46,368 nt of DNA from Ktedonobacterales bacterium (GTDB lineage: Bacteria; Chloroflexota; Ktedonobacteria; Ktedonobacterales; JADMIN01), in contig DATBTW010000417.1 of NCBI GenBank assembly GCA_036559055.1, positions 1-46,368 of the forward strand. Reading direction: 5' to 3'. Positions 25,612 to 35,410 of this stretch are shown here, one piece after another. Every line of letters starts with the position of its first letter. The stretch's first letter is position 1. The notes below the pieces were generated by a model, which was not told the origin of the DNA, ran no database searches, and saw nothing but the letters and a program-made list of their open reading frames with translations. The translations under genes were made by a program, and so were the position numbers.

Positions 25612-26169
25612 ATGGAAACTACGTGGCAAACTGTGTTGTGGCGGCAGTTCGGCGCTGCCATAGACATGCTGGACAACGCCGTCGTGGCCTGCCCCGACAC
25701 GCTCTGGAGCGAGCGAATCTGGCCGCTGCCGTCAGACCACTCACAGACGCCGGAATCCGCCCAGGTCTGGTATCTCACCTACCATTGCCTTGTGTGGCTC
25801 GATCTGTACCTCACCGCTCTCCCGGAGGAGCAATTCGCGCCCCCTGCGCCCTTCACCAGAGCGGAACTAGATCCACAGGAAGCGTTGCCCGATCAGCCCT
25901 ATACGAAAGTTCAACTGCGCGGCTACCTGGCCCAACTGCGCGAGCGGGCCTGCGCCACGCTGAGCGCGCTGACGGACGAGCAGGCGCAGCGGCCCTTCGC
26001 GTTCCCCTGGGACGAGGAGCATCCCATCAGCTACCTGGAGCTTCAGCTCTACAACATGCGCCACGTCCAGGAGCACGCGGCCCAGCTCAGCCTCTTCCTC
26101 GGCCAGCACGCCGTCCCGGATGAGGCGCTCGACTGGGTCGCGCAGGCGCGCGAATCTGTCGGCGCATAG
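25612..26169 (+). CDS. DinB family protein
   Basis: Start moved to METTWQTVLW (GAGGAG upstream). Four-helix-bundle pattern with His residues (YHCLVW, RHVQEH) typical of DinB-like proteins. Confidence 0.65.
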   Translation: METTWQTVLWRQFGAAIDMLDNAVVACPDTLWSERIWPLPSDHSQTPESAQVWYLTYHCLVWLDLYLTALPEEQFAPPAPFTRAELDPQEALPDQPYTKVQLRGYLAQLRERACATLSALTDEQAQRPFAFPWDEEHPISYLELQLYNMRHVQEHAAQLSLFLGQHAVPDEALDWVAQARESVGA

Positions 26170-26217
26170 TCGCCTGGCAGCATACACGACCGCAACCGAC
26201 CGCAAAGGAGCGATCAC

Positions 26218-26724
26218 ATGGGCCTGGATACGAGCAAGGCACAACTCCTCGACGACCTGCGCAACGAGCAGGATGGCTTCGAGGCGCTGCTGGATGAGAT
26301 CGGCGAGCAGAGCATGGCCCAGCCGGGCGTGGCGGGCGACTGGTCGATCAAAGACGTCGTCGCGCATTTGACTAGCTGGCGTCGCAGGACGGTGGCGCGA
26401 TTCCAGGCGGCGCTGCGCCATGAGCCGGAGCCCGCTACGGACTGGCCGCCATACCTCCCCACGGATGATGAGATCAATGTGTGGATCTACGCCGCCAATC
26501 GCGACAAATCGGTCGCCGACGTGCGGAGGGAATCGCGTGAGACGTTCGAGCAACTCTTGGAGACGCTGGCCTCCTTCCCCGAAGCCGATCTGCATGATTC
26601 CGCGCGTTTCCCCTGGCTGGATGGCGAGACGTGGAATGGAGCCGCATTCTTCGGCCACTTCCATGAGGAGCACGAGCAAGACATGCGCGCGTGGCTCGCG
26701 CAGCATCCGCAGGCGCAGGGGTGA
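26218..26724 (+). CDS. ClbS/DfsB-like (DinB-superfamily) four-helix-bundle protein
   Basis: 168 aa. N-terminal SKAQLLDDLRNEQDGFEALLDEI, WSIKDVVAHLTSW and a C-terminal HFHEEHEQD resemble the ClbS/DUF1706 layout. Recalled from memory, not verified. Confidence 0.55.
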   Translation: MGLDTSKAQLLDDLRNEQDGFEALLDEIGEQSMAQPGVAGDWSIKDVVAHLTSWRRRTVARFQAALRHEPEPATDWPPYLPTDDEINVWIYAANRDKSVADVRRESRETFEQLLETLASFPEADLHDSARFPWLDGETWNGAAFFGHFHEEHEQDMRAWLAQHPQAQG

Positions 26725-26792
26725 GCCGCGTTGGCGCGTCGCAGCGCAGCGCGGGCCAGGCGACATCGACGTCGCCTGGCCCGCGCGAAAGG

Positions 26793-27293
26793 ATGCGCCG
26801 CCTGTCCGACAAACCGTTCACCAGCGAGCAGGCGCTGACTGTGCTCGCGCAGACGCCGCAGCGCATCGTCGAGCTGACCGATGGCCTGACGCGGGCGCAA
26901 TTGCTCGCGTCACCTGGCCTAGGCGAGTGGTCGGCCAACGATGTGCTGGCCCACCTGCGCTCCTGCGCCGACGTCTGGAACGGCTGCATCCGGCGGCTGC
27001 TCGACGAAGATCACCCCACGCTACGCGCGATCAATCCCACTACCTACATCAAGCAGACGGACTATCCAGATCTGGAGTTTGCGCCGTCGTTGCGCGCCTT
27101 CACCGCACAGCGCGCCGAGATCCTGAAGCTGCTGGAACCCCTGCCAACGGAGGCGTGGGCGCGCTCGGCCACCGTGACGGGCGCGGGCAGCCCCCTCCAG
27201 CGCACCGTGCTGGACTACGCGTGGCGCATGGCGCGCCACGAGCGCACGCATTGCCGACAGCTCGCGAAGATCAGCGCCGCCGCGCGCGTCTAG
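26793..27293 (+). CDS. DinB family protein
   Basis: Start moved to MRRLSDKPF. WSANDVLAHLRSC and MARHERTHCRQL are DinB-type metal-binding His motifs. Confidence 0.65.
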   Translation: MRRLSDKPFTSEQALTVLAQTPQRIVELTDGLTRAQLLASPGLGEWSANDVLAHLRSCADVWNGCIRRLLDEDHPTLRAINPTTYIKQTDYPDLEFAPSLRAFTAQRAEILKLLEPLPTEAWARSATVTGAGSPLQRTVLDYAWRMARHERTHCRQLAKISAAARV

Positions 27294-27348
27294 CGGTGGA
27301 TAGTGGCGGCTTAGGTATTCTCGTTGCAGTTTCCTCCGCCCCCAAGGT

Positions 27349-27969
27349 TCATTCGTCCTTTCCGGCGTTTGGTATGGCGAGTCGGCGGTCGGGAATGAAC
27401 CACATGATCGCGACCAGCGCATACACGCCGAAGGCCAGCAGCGGCTCGATGAAGGCGAGGACGATGCCCAGGGTGTAGAGCGCCATCGACAGCTTGCCCT
27501 TGATGTCCCGACCCAACTGCTCATTGATCCCGGTATCCTGGTTCACGGCGAGAATGGTCAATGTCAGCAGGTAGTACGCCACCCCTGCCATGAGTCCGAT
27601 AGCGCCGTAGGCAACGGCTGGCCAACGGCTCAGGGGGTGCGCGCCAACCCAAGCGGTGACTACCGGTACGAGCGAGAGCCAGAAAAGCAGGTGCAGGTTG
27701 GCCCACATGACGCGCCCGCTGATCCGGCGGGTAGCACGCAGCAGGTGATGGTGGTTGTTCCAGTAGATGCCGATGAGTGTGAAACTGAGCACATAGATCA
27801 GCAGGCCGGGGATCAGCGACCGCAACGCAGCAAGGCTATCGCCGGGCGGCGGCCGGAGTTCGAGCACCATGATCGTGATGATGACGGCGAGTACCCCGTC
27901 GCTGAAGGCTTCCAGGCGCCCCGGACTCATGTCTTGCGAGGGGGCCGCTTTGGTTTGGTTATCTTCCAT
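27349..27969 (-). CDS. TMEM175-family potassium channel (DUF1211)
   Basis: 206 aa, six hydrophobic helices. Signature RLEAFSDGVLAVIITIMVLEL (the RxxxFSD motif of TM1). Confidence 0.8.
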   Translation of the reverse strand: MEDNQTKAAPSQDMSPGRLEAFSDGVLAVIITIMVLELRPPPGDSLAALRSLIPGLLIYVLSFTLIGIYWNNHHHLLRATRRISGRVMWANLHLLFWLSLVPVVTAWVGAHPLSRWPAVAYGAIGLMAGVAYYLLTLTILAVNQDTGINEQLGRDIKGKLSMALYTLGIVLAFIEPLLAFGVYALVAIMWFIPDRRLAIPNAGKDE

Positions 27970-28183
27970 GTACGTCGACCGCCTTGTCTAGGAGCTAGCG
28001 CGCCGACTGGCATCATGACACAGATGACCGCCTCTTTGTCCGGATCAGCCTTTCAGCACGCCACGCACATCCTGCTCAGTGTTCAGCGATTCCGCCAGTG
28101 GCATCATGCCAACAATCACGAATGCGCGTGTAACAAAACCTGAACAATGCAGAGGTTTCGCCGAACCAGTAGCCACTCGCTGC

Positions 28184-29527
28184 CTACGCCTCGTGGGCGG
28201 CCTGCTCGGCCAGCGCGCGTGGCGCACGAGCGGGATCGAGCAACGCCAGCGGAACCAGCGAGAGCAGGAAGGCCACGGCGACGACCGGGAACATGGCCCC
28301 GTAGCCGTTCACGGTGATCAGCAGGCCGATGGTGACCGCCGCGAGCGGCGCCGCCAGGGCCGTCAGCGCGCCATCCAGCCCGGTATACAGCCCGATGGTG
28401 TCGCTGGCGACCAGCCGTGTCAGTAGCGGATAGGCGCAGGCCGTCTGGGCGGCGAATCCCAGCCCCGCGACAATCAGCACGGGGTAGAGCAGCGTGGCGG
28501 AGTGGATCAGGATGCCCGCCGCCGATGCCACCGCCATCAGCAGCATGCCCGCGACGAAGACGGTCTTGATGCCCAGCCGGTCGGCCAGCGCGCCCAGCGG
28601 CACGACACACACAGCGCTGGTCAGCAGCAGCAGCAGCGGAAAAACCAGCGCGGCACTGCTATCCACCTTCAGCATCTTCTCCGCATAGAGCACCAGATTA
28701 GGTGTGATGGCGCTGATGCCAAACCAGATGAAGAACTTGGTCGCCAGATAGAGCCACACCTGGCGATTGGCGCGCAGCCCGGCCCAATAGTCGCCCAGCG
28801 AGTAGCGCTTGCGAGCGACCACGCCCGGCAGCGCGCGCTGCTCGCGCAGGCCAAAGAGCGGCGGCAGGTAGCAAATCAGCAGCATGCCCGCCACCAGCGG
28901 GAAGAAGGCGTTCAGTCCCCAGCGCTTGACCAATACGATGCCCAGCCCGATCACCAGCAGCTCGCCCAGCGCCTCCAGCATGTGGAAGAGGCCGTTGACA
29001 CGCCCGCGTTGCTGTGGCGGCGTCAGGTCAGCGAGCAGCGCGCTGTACGGGTTGTAGAAGAGCGTGTGCGCCAGCGTGAAGAGGAAGATGCCCAGCGCGG
29101 CCAGATAGAGCGCGGCTGTCGCGCCGCCGCCGAGCCATGTCTGGAAAATCGTGGACGGCAGCGAGGGCGTCAACGCCAGCGCGGCGATGGTGATGGGCGC
29201 GAAGATGGCGATGAACCAGCGCCGCCGCCCCAGCCAGCCATGCCAGCTCCGGTCGCTCCATGCGCCCACCGCCGGCTGCGCCACGACGCCCTCGATGGAG
29301 CTGGTGCTGCTCAGCAGGTTGATGATAATGGGCGAGGCGCCCATCAGGCTGAGGAAGCTCGGCAGCAGGTAATGGTTGAAGGCGTTGAAGGCGCCCGTGC
29401 CGAAGTTGCCGCTGGTATAGGTCAGCGCGCCGCCCAGCGAGAGCGGCGCCGCCTCGGGATGAACGATGGCGCCATCCGCTGTCTCGGTGGGCGTCTGTGT
29501 CGCGGACGCATCGAAGGAGGCGCTCAT
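28184..29527 (-). CDS. MFS transporter
   Basis: 447 aa, about 12 hydrophobic helices. Its ATG overlaps the stop of the upstream GDPD gene (ATGA). Confidence 0.8.
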   Translation of the reverse strand: MSASFDASATQTPTETADGAIVHPEAAPLSLGGALTYTSGNFGTGAFNAFNHYLLPSFLSLMGASPIIINLLSSTSSIEGVVAQPAVGAWSDRSWHGWLGRRRWFIAIFAPITIAALALTPSLPSTIFQTWLGGGATAALYLAALGIFLFTLAHTLFYNPYSALLADLTPPQQRGRVNGLFHMLEALGELLVIGLGIVLVKRWGLNAFFPLVAGMLLICYLPPLFGLREQRALPGVVARKRYSLGDYWAGLRANRQVWLYLATKFFIWFGISAITPNLVLYAEKMLKVDSSAALVFPLLLLLTSAVCVVPLGALADRLGIKTVFVAGMLLMAVASAAGILIHSATLLYPVLIVAGLGFAAQTACAYPLLTRLVASDTIGLYTGLDGALTALAAPLAAVTIGLLITVNGYGAMFPVVAVAFLLSLVPLALLDPARAPRALAEQAAHEA

Positions 29528-30384
29528 GACTGGCCCTCATTTCTGGCGGTGGATGGCGTCATATCAGGGTGATCGCTCGGCGCGGTGGCTGGCGCGCCAC
29601 GCGCCCGCAGAACCTCGGCCAGCGTATCAGGGCGGTCGGTCATGATGCCATCCACGCCCCAGTCCAGCAGCCGCTCCATATCGGCGCGCTCGTTGACCGT
29701 CCAGACGTGGACGGCGAGATCGTGGCCATGCGCCGCGCGCACGAAGGCGGGCGAGACGACACGCACGCCGCTGCGGACCTCCGGAACCTGAAACGCCATG
29801 TAGGCGGGGCGCAGCCCGCGCGTGGCGCGCAGCCGCTGGCGTAGCAGAAAGCTGGCGACCTCGCCGGGGCAGGCGCTGGTGGGGATGACGCCATGGGTAA
29901 ACTGGCGAAAGCGCCGCAGCGACGCGCAGACGAAGCTACCGACGATGACGCGGTGGATGGCCTGCGCCTGCTGAATCGTGCGCCAGAGCGCCGCTTCTTT
30001 GCCCTCCTGCGTCTCCTTGAGGTCGATGTTGATCAGCAGCGTCGGGAAGCGCTCGAAGACCTCGCGCAGCGTCGGGATGCGCACGCCTTGCCCGCGAAAG
30101 GGATGCGTCTGGCCGCCATCGGGCGTGAAATGATAGCCCGCGTCGAGCCGCTGGAGGTCGGCCAACGTGTACGCGGCGACGGGGCCGTGGCCCTCGGTGA
30201 CGCGATCCACCGTGGGGTCATGAATGACGACGATCTCGCCATCGCGCGTCATCTGGATGTCCAGTTCGAGGGCGTCGGGCGCGTAGCTGGCGCCCAGCTC
30301 AAAGGCTGCCAGCGTGTTTTCAGGGGCCAGCAGCCCGCCACCCTGGTGCGCAAAACTCAGAAATCGCCGTGTGAGCGTCGCCAT
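29524..30384 (-). CDS. glycerophosphodiester phosphodiesterase
   Basis: 286 aa. HQGG..APENTLAAF, LELDIQMTRDGEIVVIHD and VHVWTVN are GDPD family motifs. Confidence 0.85.
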   Translation of the reverse strand: MATLTRRFLSFAHQGGGLLAPENTLAAFELGASYAPDALELDIQMTRDGEIVVIHDPTVDRVTEGHGPVAAYTLADLQRLDAGYHFTPDGGQTHPFRGQGVRIPTLREVFERFPTLLINIDLKETQEGKEAALWRTIQQAQAIHRVIVGSFVCASLRRFRQFTHGVIPTSACPGEVASFLLRQRLRATRGLRPAYMAFQVPEVRSGVRVVSPAFVRAAHGHDLAVHVWTVNERADMERLLDWGVDGIMTDRPDTLAEVLRARGAPATAPSDHPDMTPSTARNEGQS

Positions 30385-30483
30385 GCTATGCCGCCACCTT
30401 CCTGCTCAGGTTGTGGCGCATTGTACCAGTCGCGGCGGCGCATGGCAATCGCGAGCGAGCGACCGCCAGCCGTCGCGCGTCGC

Positions 30484-30513
30484 TTGACAGCGCGCGGCGG
30501 CATGGGGTACGAT
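30484..30513 (+). promoter_or_regulatory. sigma-70-type promoter for tRNA-Arg(GCG)
   Basis: TTGACA-18 nt-TACGAT, ending 37 nt upstream of the tRNA 5' end. Confidence 0.5.
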
Positions 30514-30549
30514 ACCTGCGTCGTTGGCGACCGCAAGTCGTCTACGCCT

Positions 30550-30625
30550 GTGCCCGTAGCTCAGTGGATAGAGCGTTGGTTTGCGGAACCAAAGATCGGA
30601 GGTTCGAGTCCTCTCGGGCACACCA
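30550..30625 (+). tRNA. tRNA-Arg (anticodon GCG), CCA encoded
   Basis: Manual cloverleaf: GTGCCCG/CGGGCAC acceptor, GCTC/GAGC D stem with A20, TTGGT/ACCAA anticodon stem, loop TTGCGGA, TTCGAGT T loop. Confidence 0.85.
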
Positions 30626-30627
30626 CA

Positions 30628-30662
30628 AAGCCCCGTCGGAGTCACCGACGGGGCTTATTTTT
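30628..30662 (+). terminator. intrinsic terminator after tRNA-Arg(GCG)
   Basis: AAGCCCCGTCGG-agtca-CCGACGGGGCTT, a perfect 12-bp stem followed by ATTTTTG. Confidence 0.65.
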
Positions 30663-30686
30663 GCCTATGAGAAAGACGCCAAAAAG

Positions 30687-30725
30687 CCCCTCTCCCGCAC
30701 AGCGGGGGAGGGGTTGGGGTGGGGG
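30687..30725. repeat. intergenic hairpin repeat (forward orientation)
   Basis: CCCCTCTCCCGCacaGCGGGGGAGGGGTTGGGGTGGGGG, between the tRNA terminator and the FHA gene stop (30734). Confidence 0.65.
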
Positions 30726-30733
30726 CGCGCCCG

Positions 30734-31798
30734 CTAGCGCTTGAGCGCTTCTTCGACACGCTGGCGCAGGTCGGTGAGCGCGCCGAGCAGGTTGGCATAG
30801 GGCGCGGTGGCGTTGAGCGTCTCGAGCGCGGCGGAAAGCTCGGTCGCGCGCGAGGCCAGCCGCGTTACCAGCTCCAGGTGCTGCGGATTCTCGACCACCT
30901 GGCGCACCAGATCACTCAAGCTGTTCAGGTCACCCTTGTAGGTGACGCTCTCGGCGGATGGCTGCACGGCCAGCGCGCTCGTCACCCGCTGGCGGGCGTC
31001 TTCCAGCGCGTTGCGATAGTGCTCGGCCACTACGATAGCGTCGCGCGCCTGCTGGGCAAGCTGTGCGCTGATGCCGCCGACCTGATCGCGCAGCTCCTCC
31101 GGCTCCGGCTCCTTGGGCGGCGGAGGAGCTGCTGGCGCCTCCGGCTGGACGAAGATGGCGGGCGTCTCGACCGCGCCGGTGGGCGCCGAGGAGATGGCGA
31201 AAGGATCATCCGCCTGAGCGACCATCATAGCAGCCAGAGGCGCGTCGGGCGCGACCAGCGGCTGCGAGTGTGGCACATGCGACGTGTCGATCTCGAAGTA
31301 GGCGCTGGCGACGCTCATGCGGCACTCACCGATCGTGACCTCATCGCCCTCGCGCAGCGGCGTCTCGGCGTGAATCTCCACATCATTGACCAGTGTGCCG
31401 TTGCTGCTGCCCAGATCGGTGACGGCATAGCCGCCGTCATGGGGCCGCAGCACCGCATGGAAGCGCGAAACCAGCGGGTCGCCATCCAGATTGATCTCGC
31501 AACTGGGCGCGCGCCCAACGCGCATCTCGTGGCCATCCAGCGGGAACTCGCGTCCGACCGATTGCCCCGTCACCGTCGGCGTGACCATCGTTAGCCGCAG
31601 AACCATCTGCGCTTTGATGGCCGAGGCCACCGGGGGCGCTTCAGTCGCCGTGGCCGTCGCCGAGGCGGAGGCGCGGGTCAGCCACGAAGGCAGCCCACCC
31701 GCTGGGCCGCTCTCGACCGCGAGCCGCTGCCCGCAAAACTGGCAGAACGGCAGGTTTCCATCTGTCTCCTGCCCACAATGAGGACATACAGCCATCAC
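30734..31798 (-). CDS. FHA domain-containing protein with N-terminal zinc ribbon
   Basis: 354 aa. CPHCGQETDGNLPFCQFCGQ, then the FHA core MRVGRAPSCEINLDGDPLVSRFHAVL...VTDLGSSNGTLVN, then a helical C-terminal region. Confidence 0.8.
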   Translation of the reverse strand: MMAVCPHCGQETDGNLPFCQFCGQRLAVESGPAGGLPSWLTRASASATATATEAPPVASAIKAQMVLRLTMVTPTVTGQSVGREFPLDGHEMRVGRAPSCEINLDGDPLVSRFHAVLRPHDGGYAVTDLGSSNGTLVNDVEIHAETPLREGDEVTIGECRMSVASAYFEIDTSHVPHSQPLVAPDAPLAAMMVAQADDPFAISSAPTGAVETPAIFVQPEAPAAPPPPKEPEPEELRDQVGGISAQLAQQARDAIVVAEHYRNALEDARQRVTSALAVQPSAESVTYKGDLNSLSDLVRQVVENPQHLELVTRLASRATELSAALETLNATAPYANLLGALTDLRQRVEEALKR

Positions 31799-32000
31799 GC
31801 CTGTTCCCGAACCTCTCTCGTCACGCGCACGCGCGTCACGCGGCCAATCCCCCGGTTTGCGGGGTCGGCGCGTTCAGCCGTTCGCGCTCGTTATCTATAT
31901 CCAAGATGTGCAACGCGCCAGCGCACTTTCCGTGTCCGCGCCCCGACTTTCTGGGGGCAGCGCCGTCCACGCTCTGGCGCGCTCGCCCATGCCACCAACG

Positions 32001-33149
32001 TCACTCACCGTCGAACAGGTCTTTGAACTTCTCAAAGCCGCGCTCGAACAGGTTGGCGTCGCCTTTCTCATTTTGCAGCTTCTCGATCTCCGAGAACTCT
32101 TGCAGCAGTTCGCGCTGGCGCTTGGTCAGATTCTGTGGCGTCACGATTCTGACCGTCACCAACTCGTCGCCACGATTGTTGCTGTGAATGACCGGCACGC
32201 CCTTGCCCTTCAGCCGGAAGACGCGCCCGCTCTGGGTTCCCGCCGGAATCTTGATCGACTCTTTGCCGTCCAGTGTCGGCGCCTCGATCTCCGCGCCCAG
32301 CGCCGCCTCGCTGAAGGTGACGGGCTGCTCGAACAGGATATCCTGCGCCTGGCGCTTGAAGAGTTCGTGTGGCTTCACCGTCAGCGCCACATACAGGTTG
32401 CCCGGCGCGCCGCCATGCGGCGGCGTCTCGCCTTCGCCCGTCACGCGGACGTTGATGCCGTCGTCCACGCCAGCGGGAATATTGACTGTCACGCGGCGCA
32501 CGTTGCGCACGCGCCCCTGGCCGTGGCAGCGCTCGCAGGGCGTCGTGATGATGTGGCCCTCGCCCCGGCAGCGGTCGCAGACCATTACATTAACGAACTG
32601 CCCGAAGATGGACTGCTGCACGCGGCGAATCTCGCCCGAGCCTCCGCAGTTGGGGCAGCGCTGGGTCGAGGTGCCGGGCTGCGCGCCGTTGCCGTGGCAG
32701 TTCGGGCACGATTCCCAGCGCGGGATCTCGATGTCCTTCTGCACGCCACGCACGGCTTCCTCAAATGTGATAGTCAGCTCGTAGCGCAGATCGGCCCCGC
32801 GCGCCGCGCCAGCGCGCGTGCGCGTCCCGGCCGCGCCTGCGGCATTGAACAGCGTCTCGAACAGATCATTGATATTGCCGAAGCCGAAGCCCTCAAAGGG
32901 ATTGCCCTCTGGCCCTGCCGCGCCGTTGACCCCCGCATGGCCGAAGCGATCATAGGCGCCGCGCTTCTGCGGGTCGCCCAGCACCTCATAGGCCTCGTTG
33001 ATCTCTTTGAAGCGCATCTCTGCGCCCTTGTCTTTATTCACGTCAGGGTGATACTGCCGCGCCAGCCGCCGGAACGACTTCTTGATCTCGTCCTCGGTGG
33101 CCGTGCGCGGCACCCCCAGCGTCTCGTAATAGTCTCGTTTGGCGGCCAT
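32001..33149 (-). CDS. dnaJ: molecular chaperone DnaJ
   Basis: Start moved to MAAKRDYYETLGV. J-domain HPD (YHPDVN), G/F region and four CxxCxGxG zinc-finger repeats. Confidence 0.9.
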   Translation of the reverse strand: MAAKRDYYETLGVPRTATEDEIKKSFRRLARQYHPDVNKDKGAEMRFKEINEAYEVLGDPQKRGAYDRFGHAGVNGAAGPEGNPFEGFGFGNINDLFETLFNAAGAAGTRTRAGAARGADLRYELTITFEEAVRGVQKDIEIPRWESCPNCHGNGAQPGTSTQRCPNCGGSGEIRRVQQSIFGQFVNVMVCDRCRGEGHIITTPCERCHGQGRVRNVRRVTVNIPAGVDDGINVRVTGEGETPPHGGAPGNLYVALTVKPHELFKRQAQDILFEQPVTFSEAALGAEIEAPTLDGKESIKIPAGTQSGRVFRLKGKGVPVIHSNNRGDELVTVRIVTPQNLTKRQRELLQEFSEIEKLQNEKGDANLFERGFEKFKDLFDGE

Positions 33150-33306
33150 CGGCATCCTCTTTTTCGCCCTTTTCGCCAAGCTCTCGTCGTCGGCAAGCCC
33201 CACCCTGTCTGAGGGCCGCTTCACGCGCCATCCGGCGTCTGAAGACAGGCCATCGGCTCAGGAGCTACCCGGCAGCCGCGCAAGTCTCACAACTATATCA
33301 TAAGGC

Positions 33307-33393
33307 CGCTAACCACCTGCCGCGAAGTCCCACCAGCCTGGGTGGAGCTTCGCGAGCGGGCGGTTAGCGAGTGTAGCGTCACGCCGACGCTAC
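33307..33393 (-). other. two stable hairpins in the dnaK-dnaJ spacer
   Basis: A roughly 63-nt imperfect inverted repeat (cgctaaccacctgccgcgaagtcccacc..ggtggagcttcgcgagcgggcggttagcg, 33307-33369), followed by a perfect 8-bp stem GTAGCGTC-acgcc-GACGCTAC (33373-33393). Confidence 0.5.
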
Positions 33394-33428
33394 GGAATAT
33401 CGATGCAGAGCGGCTTCGCGCAAGCGGA

Positions 33429-35339
33429 CTACTCCTCCTTGAAGTCGGCCTCCACGGCCTCATCGCCGCCCTGGGAACCGTCGCCAGACGACGACTCGCC
33501 GCCATCGCTGCTGCCGTCGCCGCCAGCGCCGCCGCCAGCCGCCGCGTAGATCGACTCGCTGACCTTGAACATCACCTGCTGCAAGGCATCGCGTGCGGAT
33601 TTGATGCGCTCCACGTCGTCGGTCGCCAGCGCGGCGCGTACATCGGCGATGCGCGTCTCGGCCTCGCTCTTCTGGTCAGCCGGAACCTTCTCGCCCAGGT
33701 CGCGCAGCGTCTTCTCCGCCGTATAGGCGGCGTTGTCCGACTCGTTGCGCACCTCCACCTCTTCGCGGCGCGCCTTGTCCTCGTCGGCGTGCGACTCGGC
33801 GTCGCGCACCATCTTCTCGATCTGATCCTTCGACAGACCGCTGGACGGCTGGAGTGTGATGCGCTGCTCGCGGCCCGTGCCCTTGTCCTTGGCGTGGACA
33901 TTCACGATGCCGTTGGCGTCGATGTCGAACGTCACCTCGATCTGCGGCACGCCACGCGACGCCGGTGGGATGCCATCCAGGATGAACTTGCCTAGCGACT
34001 TGTTGTCGCGCGCCATCTCCCGCTCGCCCTGCAAGACGTTGATCTCCACGCTGGTCTGCCCGTCGCTGGCCGTCGAGAAGACCTGGCTCTTCTGCGTCGG
34101 GATGGTCGTGTTGCGCTCGATCAGGCGGGTGAAGATGCCACCCATCGTCTCGATGCCCAGCGAGAGCGGGGTCACGTCGAGCAGCAGCACATCGCGCACT
34201 TCGCCTGTCAACACGCCCGCCTGGATCGCCGCGCCGACCGCCACGACCTCATCGGGGTTGACGCCCTTGTTGGGGTCCTTGTTGAAGACCTTCTTGACCA
34301 CCGCCTGCACGGCGGGCATGCGCGTCATGCCGCCGACCAGCACCACCTCGTCGATCTGGCTGGAGTTGACACCCGCGTCCTGGAGGCACTTCTGCACAGG
34401 CGTCGCCGAGCGCTCGATCAGGTCATCCACGAGCTGCTCCAGCTTGGCGCGGGTCAGGGTGATGGCCAGGTGCTTCGGGCCGCTGGCGTCGGCGGTGATG
34501 AAGGGCAGGTTGATCTCTGTCTGCGCCGCCGAGGACAACTCCTTCTTGGCCTTCTCCGCCGCTTCCTTCAGCCGCTGGAGGGCCATCTTGTCCTGGCGCA
34601 GGTCGATCCCCTGATCCTTGCGGAACTCGTCAGCGAGCCAGTTGATGATACGCTGGTCGAAGTCGTCGCCACCCAGATGCGTATCACCGTTGGTGGCTTT
34701 GACCTCGAAGACGCCCTCGCCCAGCTCCAGCACCGAGATGTCGAAGGTGCCACCGCCCAGATCATAGACGGCGATGCGCTCGTCCTTCTTCTTGTCCAGC
34801 CCATACGACAGCGAGGCGGCGGTCGGCTCGTTGATGATGCGCAGCACATCCAGCCCGGCGATGCGTCCGGCGTCGCGGGTGGCCTGGCGCTGGGCGTCGT
34901 TGAAGTAGGCGGGGACGGTGATGACCGCCTGCGTGATGCGCTCACCCAGGTACGCCTCGGCGTCGGAGCGCAGCTTCTGCAGGATCATGGCGCTGATCTC
35001 AGGCGGGCTGTACTGCTTGCCCATCACCTCGACCCACACGTCGCCATTGGCCGCGCGCACCAGTTTGTAGGGCACCAGGCGCTTCTCGCGGTCCACATCG
35101 GGATCGTCGAACTTGCGGCCCATGAAGCGCTTGATGGAGTAGACGGTATTCTCAGAGTTGGTGATGGACTGACGCTTGGCGACCTCGCCCACCAGCCGCT
35201 CGCCGCTCTTGGTGAAGGCGACGACCGAAGGGGTTGTGCGGCTGCCCTCCGCGTTGGGGATGACGACCGGCTCGCCCCCCTCCATGACGGCGACACAGCT
35301 ATTGGTGGTACCGAGATCGATGCCGATGACTTTGGGCAC
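33429..35339 (-). CDS. dnaK: molecular chaperone DnaK (Hsp70)
   Basis: 636 aa. [22 protein letters not shown] and [13 protein letters not shown] start with GAGGAGGG upstream. Confidence 0.95.
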   Translation of the reverse strand: MPKVIGIDLGTTNSCVAVMEGGEPVVIPNAEGSRTTPSVVAFTKSGERLVGEVAKRQSITNSENTVYSIKRFMGRKFDDPDVDREKRLVPYKLVRAANGDVWVEVMGKQYSPPEISAMILQKLRSDAEAYLGERITQAVITVPAYFNDAQRQATRDAGRIAGLDVLRIINEPTAASLSYGLDKKKDERIAVYDLGGGTFDISVLELGEGVFEVKATNGDTHLGGDDFDQRIINWLADEFRKDQGIDLRQDKMALQRLKEAAEKAKKELSSAAQTEINLPFITADASGPKHLAITLTRAKLEQLVDDLIERSATPVQKCLQDAGVNSSQIDEVVLVGGMTRMPAVQAVVKKVFNKDPNKGVNPDEVVAVGAAIQAGVLTGEVRDVLLLDVTPLSLGIETMGGIFTRLIERNTTIPTQKSQVFSTASDGQTSVEINVLQGEREMARDNKSLGKFILDGIPPASRGVPQIEVTFDIDANGIVNVHAKDKGTGREQRITLQPSSGLSKDQIEKMVRDAESHADEDKARREEVEVRNESDNAAYTAEKTLRDLGEKVPADQKSEAETRIADVRAALATDDVERIKSARDALQQVMFKVSESIYAAAGGGAGGDGSSDGGESSSGDGSQGGDEAVEADFKEE

Positions 35340-35410
35340 GTGACCCTCCTCAGTTGCGGTTCCTGTCCGATTGGTGTTCGGTTCGTGTTCGGTTCGTGTT
35401 TCCGGGCCTA

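Noticed and set aside
25867-26766. 299-aa minus ORF across the DinB/ClbS genes, and the plus ORFs at 26420-27478 and 25575-26123
   Set aside because: They are shadows or alternative frames of three plus-strand genes that each have a Shine-Dalgarno and family motifs.
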